From: Planctomycetota bacterium
Lineage (GTDB): Bacteria > Planctomycetota > UBA11346
Direction: 5' to 3'
Assembly: GCA_016745075.1 (NCBI GenBank)
Contig: JADGDD010000002.1
Location: 130,034 to 194,033 of the forward strand
DNA: 64,000 nt
Shown here piece by piece: positions 58,498-64,000 of the stretch; the stretch's first letter is position 1, and the number at the start of each line of letters is the position of its first letter. The translations under genes and the position numbers were made by a program. The notes under the pieces were generated by a model. The model was not told the DNA's origin, made no database searches, and was given only the letters and a program-made list of their open reading frames with translations.

Positions 58498-59265
58498 GTG
58501 CGTATGATAGAAAAGGAACGGCATCAGCGCATTGTCGATATTTTACGGATGCGGCGTTTTGCTAGCATTCATGATTTGGAGGCTTTGCTCAAGGTCTCTG
58601 AAGCAACCCTGCGCCGTGATTTGCGCAAGATGGATAAGGCCGGTCTGATTAACCGTCTACGTGGCGGTGCAGAGTTACTAAAAACAGAAGAAGACGCTGA
58701 CGGTCATAACCCGAAATTTCGTGAAGCGGATTATTTGGATGCCAAACGCCGAATTGCCATGCGTGCGGTGTCTATGTGTAGCGCAGGTGAAACTATTATT
58801 ATAGATGGCGGTTCTACGACATGGCAAATGGCATCCCTACTAGAATCCCGAAACTTACGGGTGCTCACCAATTCTTTTCCGATTGCCGAGCATCTTATGC
58901 GATACAGCAACAACACAGTTATTTTGCCAGCAGGGGAAATTAAACGCAGTCATTGGGCCATTCTGAACCCTTTTGGTGATGATTTTTTTGCTCATTATTC
59001 CTGTTCGCAGGTATTCATGGGTGCTCAGGGTATCATGGACGGCATGGTGACTAATGATGATACCACGCTTATTATGAGCGAACAAAATATGATTCGTCAT
59101 GCACGTCGTCTTGTTCTTTTGGTCGATAGTAGTAAATTCAAAAACCAAGGCAGTTTGCGTTTATGCCGTCTTGAGCAAGTGCATACGGTTATTACCGACA
59201 CCGGAATAGAAGACGATGCCAAACAAATGATTCATGAAGCCGGTGTAGAATTGATAATAGTCTAA
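58498..59265 (+). CDS. DeoR family transcriptional regulator
   Basis: An N-terminal HTH domain (RHQRIVDILRMRRFASIHDLEALLKVSEATLRRDL) is followed by a DeoR C-terminal sugar-phosphate sensor domain. Confidence 0.8.
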   Translation: MRMIEKERHQRIVDILRMRRFASIHDLEALLKVSEATLRRDLRKMDKAGLINRLRGGAELLKTEEDADGHNPKFREADYLDAKRRIAMRAVSMCSAGETIIIDGGSTTWQMASLLESRNLRVLTNSFPIAEHLMRYSNNTVILPAGEIKRSHWAILNPFGDDFFAHYSCSQVFMGAQGIMDGMVTNDDTTLIMSEQNMIRHARRLVLLVDSSKFKNQGSLRLCRLEQVHTVITDTGIEDDAKQMIHEAGVELIIV

Positions 59266-59266
59266 G

Positions 59267-60025
59267 ATGGAACAGATGGGTATAGAGCAGTGGGCTCTGG
59301 TAGTGGCGATAGCAGTATTAGCAGCTCTGATCCAGAGTGGCATTGGTTTTGGTTTTTCACTGGTTGCTGTTCCGTTGCTTTTAAAAACAGATTTAACTAT
59401 GCCAGAGACGGTTGCATTAACGATTATGGCATCCATGGTTCAGCGTTTGATGCTGGTGCGTAGCTTGCGGGATGAAGCACATATACGGAAAAATGCACCG
59501 TACATGTTGGCAGCGATAATGGGTATTCCCTTAGGTGTGTGGTGTTTGCAGCTCATATCTGGTGAGAGTAAAGAATGTATTCGGCAAGGTGTTGGTGCGC
59601 TTATTTTATTAATGATCGTCGTGCAATATTCGATACGTATTCAACCGCGGGCAGTTGTGTCGCGTTCGTGGGGCATGGGCGCTTGTTTTTTAAGTGGATA
59701 TTTAGGTGGCCTTGCAAATGTTGGTGGACCGCCTTTAGTATTGTGGATACTTGCGCATCAGTGGAACACGAGGCGTATTCGTGTTACTCCGGCTGTTATT
59801 TCTCTCAGTTTTGTTCCGTTGCAATGTGGTTTGTTGTGGTTTTTTAACGGCAGCAGTATTATTCTGGCGATGGCTATTGGTCTTGGACTATTCCCCGCTA
59901 TGTGGCTTGGCCATAAGGGAGGATTATGGATTGGTAATAAATTCAACGTCAAGATACTTCGTTTTGTTATTGTGGGCATGCTGATTGGTATGAGTTTATG
60001 GTTTATTACGGAACCTATGTTCTAA
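59267..60025 (+). CDS. TSUP family (TauE/SafE, DUF81) anion exporter
   Basis: The membrane protein has the 4+4 TM repeat and Gly-rich TSUP motifs (QSGIGFGFSLVAVPLL, GGLANVGGPPLVLW). It starts 2 nt after the DeoR gene stop codon. Confidence 0.7.
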   Translation: MEQMGIEQWALVVAIAVLAALIQSGIGFGFSLVAVPLLLKTDLTMPETVALTIMASMVQRLMLVRSLRDEAHIRKNAPYMLAAIMGIPLGVWCLQLISGESKECIRQGVGALILLMIVVQYSIRIQPRAVVSRSWGMGACFLSGYLGGLANVGGPPLVLWILAHQWNTRRIRVTPAVISLSFVPLQCGLLWFFNGSSIILAMAIGLGLFPAMWLGHKGGLWIGNKFNVKILRFVIVGMLIGMSLWFITEPMF

Positions 60026-60039
60026 AAACACCAATAAAA

Positions 60040-60070
60040 CAACTCCGAGCGCTATGCTCGGAGTTGTTTG
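60040..60070. terminator. bidirectional rho-independent terminator between convergent genes
   Basis: An 11 bp perfect stem CAACTCCGAGC/GCTCGGAGTTG with loop GCTAT is flanked by an A-rich tract on the 5' side and TTTGG on the 3' side. Confidence 0.75.
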
Positions 60071-60098
60071 GGAAATAAATAACGTAGTAACGGGTTGT

Positions 60099-60500
60099 TT
60101 AGCGTTTGCTGAACTGACAACCACGACGAGCTTTACGCAAGCCGTATTTCTTACGTTCAACCATACGGCTGTCGCGAGTAAGGAAGCCATATGGACGAAT
60201 GTTTGGTTCAAGAGCAGGGTCAGCTTTAATAAGTGCGCGGCTCAAACCCATAAGGCATGCACCAGCTTGGCCAGTAGGACCGCCGCCTTTTACGTTGACG
60301 AAAACGTCATACTTATCAGCAACACCAGCAGTTTCGAGAACTTGGATGAAGTCATTACGACGACGCTCAACAGGAAAGTATTGTTCAACAGGACGTTTGT
60401 TGACCGTTACAATGCCAGTACCAGGGGCGATGCGTACGCGGGCGATAGATGTCTTACGACGACCAAGACCCCAGATGTATTCTTTACCTTTTGCAGCCAT
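60099..60500 (-). CDS. rpsI: 30S ribosomal protein S9
   Basis: GRRKTSIARVRIAPGTG at the N-terminus and GLRKARRGCQFSKR at the C-terminus match S9. The start is set at the MAAKGKEY Met, giving 133 aa. Confidence 0.9.
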   Translation of the reverse strand: MAAKGKEYIWGLGRRKTSIARVRIAPGTGIVTVNKRPVEQYFPVERRRNDFIQVLETAGVADKYDVFVNVKGGGPTGQAGACLMGLSRALIKADPALEPNIRPYGFLTRDSRMVERKKYGLRKARRGCQFSKR

Positions 60501-60776
60501 GCAAATTACTCCTGCGCACAAATGCGCTTTTTCTTATGTATAAACGCTTGCAAGCAAACGCGTTGTAAGTCCCATCTCAAGCTGAGGTGGCAAATTGCTG
60601 GTGCACTCTCGTGCTCTTCCAGCGTCTCTGCACACCTGCACGTTAGCACAAGCAGGGCGCGGAAGGATAGCGAATTGTTTGCTAGGTCAAGACCAAATAT
60701 AGTGTCATATGGAACTTGACACGTCTGCGCATTGCATATTGACTCGCAACTCCTTTGTCTATCGTTAGTTCCTCCT

Positions 60777-62423
60777 ATGGCTAATAGTGCACATTTCATC
60801 GGAATCGATATAAATCACGAGCAATTGATATTGACGCTCACAGATGAATGCGGCACAGTTGTAGAGATGCTATCCCGCACGTGCGCTGGTTCAGGTAAAT
60901 CTGGCAAATCAATCCATGATCAAAATCCACAAGACTGGTGGCGCTCCCTGCGTACCGGTCTGAAAGACCTTCTACGACGAAGTAATGTTAAAGCAGTCGA
61001 AGAGGCTGGCGCTAAAGCAGGTACGGTTCTTATCGATGCAAGTACGGTACGAGGTGTCGGTATTTGTGGCCGTGCAGATACATTGGTTATGCTCGGTAAA
61101 GATGCTGAGGTGTTGTGTCCTGCGGTGATGGGCTCTGGTCCAGGTTCTGCTTTAGAAGGGTACGCGCAAAAGATAACAGAATTGGCTGGTGAGCGGAATC
61201 TATTTAATATTACCAACCGCAGCCCGCATGATGCCGCTATGGCCGCAGGGTTGTTATGGGCAAAAGAAAACGAAAAGCGGGTTTGGCATGACCTTACCTA
61301 TGCTCTCAGTTCCAGAGACTTTTTGCGTATGCGCCTAACCGGTGTTGCCATGACAGATGCCTCAACGGCTGCGCGTAGCCTGTTGATGAATAATAAGGCA
61401 CGAGCTTGGTCTAAGCAGCTGTGCATGCGTTTGGGTGTGAACCCTGCCTGTCTGCCTGCTATCCAACATGGCCAATTAATCGCTGGTCGAGTAACTGCTA
61501 TTGCAGCTAAAGAGACTGGTTTGCAAGTGGGCACCCCCGTTATTACTGGTGGCAACCATATTGCGTCGAGTGCAATTGCCCACGGTATTACTGGGCCGAA
61601 TGAAGCCATTATAGAGCTGGGTGGCACCGGATCGCTTTTTGCTACGACTGATGCCTCACTACGTGATAACAGCAAGCTTTTACAAGGCAGTGCGCATTGT
61701 TTACCTGATGTCTGGGCCTTAGAAGGCAGAGATGTTGTCACTGATCATGGAATTAATTGGCTGCTTCGTGAAGTAGCTACAGCAGAACATGCCTTATCTA
61801 AACGCACGAAACAACGTCCTTTAGATGTCTTAGCAGAACAGGCAGCAGCAGCAGCTCCCGGTGCAGACGGCTTGTTTTTCTTACAGCCAGAAGAAGGACT
61901 TGGTGTACATCAAGGACGCGGCTCCTTTGTTGGTCTCAACTATGAACATACACATGGTCATCTTATTCGGGCTGTCTTAGAAAGCGGCGCACTGAGTCTT
62001 CATGGCATGTTCTTGCATCTGCGAGAACTTGGCTGTGAACCGACTCGTTTGATTTTGACTGGTCCTGGTGCTTCGAATAACTTATGGTGTCAAATTATTA
62101 CCGACGCGGTTGGTTGTCCATCGGAAGCACGCCCACTTGATCAGCCGGGTGTGGTTGGCGCAGCCTTGCTTGCAGCTAGTGCAGCAGGCATCCATAAGTC
62201 ATTGGAGTCAACCTGTAAGAAACATCAGAAAGCCGCAGATAAGGCAGGAAGTGCTGCTGCGCAAGGTGTTAAACGTAAGCCACGGACTGCAGCGACTAAA
62301 GACTATGCCAAGCTCTTTCCAATAGCTCAACAGTTACGCGAGCGCATTGGTGATGCCTTTGCAGGTGTACACGCTACGGCAGAGGTGATGGCGGCAGATG
62401 ACGATTTGGAATATGAAGAATGA
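60777..62423 (+). CDS. FGGY family carbohydrate kinase (xylulokinase/polyol kinase-like) with a Lys/Ala-rich C-terminal extension
   Basis: Both FGGY halves are present (HFIGIDINHEQL...; ...GGTGSLF...). I set the start at the MANSAHFIG Met. Confidence 0.65.
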   Translation: MANSAHFIGIDINHEQLILTLTDECGTVVEMLSRTCAGSGKSGKSIHDQNPQDWWRSLRTGLKDLLRRSNVKAVEEAGAKAGTVLIDASTVRGVGICGRADTLVMLGKDAEVLCPAVMGSGPGSALEGYAQKITELAGERNLFNITNRSPHDAAMAAGLLWAKENEKRVWHDLTYALSSRDFLRMRLTGVAMTDASTAARSLLMNNKARAWSKQLCMRLGVNPACLPAIQHGQLIAGRVTAIAAKETGLQVGTPVITGGNHIASSAIAHGITGPNEAIIELGGTGSLFATTDASLRDNSKLLQGSAHCLPDVWALEGRDVVTDHGINWLLREVATAEHALSKRTKQRPLDVLAEQAAAAAPGADGLFFLQPEEGLGVHQGRGSFVGLNYEHTHGHLIRAVLESGALSLHGMFLHLRELGCEPTRLILTGPGASNNLWCQIITDAVGCPSEARPLDQPGVVGAALLAASAAGIHKSLESTCKKHQKAADKAGSAAAQGVKRKPRTAATKDYAKLFPIAQQLRERIGDAFAGVHATAEVMAADDDLEYEE

Positions 62424-62728
62424 CTCCGCGTAAGGCATTTGTGACAAGTTTAGTAGTTGTGCATATAGCCATCGGTCTTTGCGCGATTCTCCCTGTAAGC
62501 TCGTGGTATCAACGCCGTACGGATGAAGTTGCGCAACAGCGGCAGTTTTATCAAGAAGGGCAAGAGCGCCGTGTGGAACAAGAGCGCAGTCTGCAAGTCA
62601 GTACCGATCAACTAGAAGCCCTACGTGATGAAAACCCTTACGTGGTAGAGCTTATCGCCCGTGATCGGCATGGCTATAGCGGTTCAGATGAAATAACACC
62701 GCCGCCAGTTCAATCTGTTGGTAAATGA
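62420..62728 (+). CDS. FtsB/DivIC-like septum formation initiator
   Basis: An N-terminal TM helix is followed by a coiled-coil (QERRVEQERSLQVSTDQLEALRDENPY) and a C-terminal motif YVVELIARDRHGYSGSDE, which resembles FtsB DPDYIEELAR..LG...PGE. Confidence 0.5.
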   Translation: MTPRKAFVTSLVVVHIAIGLCAILPVSSWYQRRTDEVAQQRQFYQEGQERRVEQERSLQVSTDQLEALRDENPYVVELIARDRHGYSGSDEITPPPVQSVGK

Positions 62729-62997
62729 TTGGTCAGCAGCGTAGCAATCCAAAAGATGTTTTTCTGTCTTCTATTTGTGACATTGTGTTGTTTCTTGATA
62801 TCTGTGCAGATGATATGTCGATGAATAGATGACTCTTTCCTATCTTGATAGTTATGAAAAAAAGAAGTAGAATGTCTATAGGTAGAGGTGTTTCTGCTTG
62901 TACGTTCGTCCGCTAACGATGTCGCTTCTCTTTATGCTCAGTCGCAGAACAGAGGGGATGCAACTGATTTCGGAAATACGATAAAAGGTGTTCATAC

Positions 62998-63561
62998 ATG
63001 AGCTTACGTCTTTTTACAGTGTTCCTCCCTTTCAAAGTCGATGTCTCCAACATGGCCCCTGTTTACTCACTGCAAGTAGACGCGGTAGCGTCTAATGCCC
63101 GTAATGCGCTAGCTACTGCTCAAGTGCTATTGCGGGCGGTAGCTCCGCTCCGGTGTGGTGGCCCCGCAAGCAAGGTCCTTTTTGATCGCGCTACTGTCAG
63201 TGATCCTGGTCCACGTGTGGTTGGCCCCTATGCCTATCTCATTACCAAAGGCTTACGTGTTACCCAAGTTGCATGCCCCGCTCGGATAGAGGGTGACAAC
63301 TGCCAGCAATTTGAAGACATTCTCAAAAGCCTTAAATCAGACGTCGTAGATGCGATCTACCTCGATCTTGCCCCAGTCCAATTTATCGCCTCCACCGGCC
63401 TAGCAGTACTGCTCGATCAAAGCCGACGCATCCCCCTCCACATTTGTCGCGTCCCCACTAACGTCAACAAAGTCCTACAAATAACCGGCATAGACAAACA
63501 CCTCCGCCTCTACGCAGACCTCAAGCAGGCGGTAGAGGCAACGGTAACAACATCTACGTAA
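62998..63561 (+). CDS. STAS domain protein (anti-sigma factor antagonist-like) with an N-terminal extension
   Basis: The C-terminal 100 aa carry a STAS pattern (VVDAIYLDLAPVQFIASTGLAVLL...VNKVLQITGIDKHLRLYADL). The N-terminal roughly 80 aa are uncharacterised, and an alternative start at 63052 is possible. Confidence 0.5.
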   Translation: MSLRLFTVFLPFKVDVSNMAPVYSLQVDAVASNARNALATAQVLLRAVAPLRCGGPASKVLFDRATVSDPGPRVVGPYAYLITKGLRVTQVACPARIEGDNCQQFEDILKSLKSDVVDAIYLDLAPVQFIASTGLAVLLDQSRRIPLHICRVPTNVNKVLQITGIDKHLRLYADLKQAVEATVTTST

Positions 63562-63603
63562 AGAAACTGTCCGGTATGTATAGAGAAATTCATCTTATAA
63601 GTA

Positions 63604-64000
63604 ATGAACCCGAACAGTTTACATTTGCAGCGCTACATAGATGGAGAATGCACGCCTGAAGAGGCCTGTGCGGTTGAAGTGTTAATTGCTGGTAATGAGG
63701 ATTTGCACAGACAACTGAAGGAAATGGATAAATTAGAGCGTTGCTTCCAAAAAAGTCGAGAGTGTGGTGGACAGATTTCGGAAATTATGAATATTTTACC
63801 GAAGGATGTAGCTGCGCAAAATAGAGGGATGTCTATTTCGGCGCTATTGTTTATAGCAATAGGTGTGATGGCAATTTTGTTTTACGGAACGCTTAATAAT
63901 TTCCGTGAGTCTATAGACGCATTTCTTCTTATGCTTATTGCGTATCTAAGTATTGCTATAGGAGTCTCGGGACTATTAATGATTGGCAGGATGCAGAAGG
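63604..64000 (+). CDS. anti-sigma factor (zinc-binding ZAS-like N-domain plus TM helix), truncated by the window edge
   Basis: My own translation gives MNPNSLHLQRYIDGECTPEEACAVEV... with an H-x3-C-x2-C-like motif, followed by a TM helix (ISALLFIAIGVMAILFY). No stop codon falls inside the window. Confidence 0.5.
   Translation, partial: MNPNSLHLQRYIDGECTPEEACAVEVLIAGNEDLHRQLKEMDKLERCFQKSRECGGQISEIMNILPKDVAAQNRGMSISALLFIAIGVMAILFYGTLNNFRESIDAFLLMLIAYLSIAIGVSGLLMIGRMQK

Noticed and set aside
60054-60719. 221 aa plus-strand ORF, and a 97 aa minus-strand ORF at 60506-60799, around rpsI
   Set aside because: The first is antisense to rpsI. The second lies in the rpsI leader and shows no similarity to ribosomal protein L13, which would be expected upstream of S9. 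Both are most likely non-coding.

Overview
This 64 kb window reads as a contiguous chromosomal segment from a Gram-negative-type bacterium. KdsA, a Wzz-like co-polymerase, MreC, an FtsB-like protein, FxsA and a SPOR-domain protein support that, and GC content is moderate at roughly 45-50 %. I found no rRNA, tRNA, CRISPR array, transposase or integrase.

The left 16.6 kb is one tightly packed minus-strand operon of 17 genes. Many of its stop and start codons overlap. It encodes biosynthesis of a modified nonulosonic acid, most likely a legionaminic or pseudaminic acid derivative. It contains two NeuB-like synthases, two CMP-sugar synthetases, NeuC, and a dehydratase and aminotransferase of the PseB/PseC or LegB/LegC type. 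It also has a formyltransferase, a CBS-domain nucleotidyltransferase, tandem WbuX-type amidotransferases with HisH/HisF-like partners, and Ugd plus a UDP-xylose synthase. A Wzz-like protein and an ABC ATPase with no adjacent permease lie just upstream.

The rest of the window is mostly housekeeping: moeZ, a family-4 UDG, pcm, ilvC, glmS, a PPi-dependent PFK, kdsA, moaC, rpsI, mreC, an FtsB-like protein, an LplT-Aas fusion, a P1B-type ATPase, and HD-GYP, cNMP-binding, STAS and anti-sigma proteins.

Three loci look unusual. The first is a cassette of a prenyltransferase-repeat protein, a protein carboxyl methyltransferase and a CPBP (CAAX-protease family) intramembrane protease, sitting next to a large secreted TPR protein. 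The second is a DeoR/TSUP-controlled operon whose enzymes are atypical: a PHP-type phosphoesterase, a class II aldolase/epimerase, a 593 aa dehydrogenase-like protein and an SDR. The third is a single-polypeptide LplT-PlsC-AasS fusion. Where the longest ORF looked implausible because of an upstream signal peptide or an alternative start codon, I adjusted the gene start and say so in the evidence.
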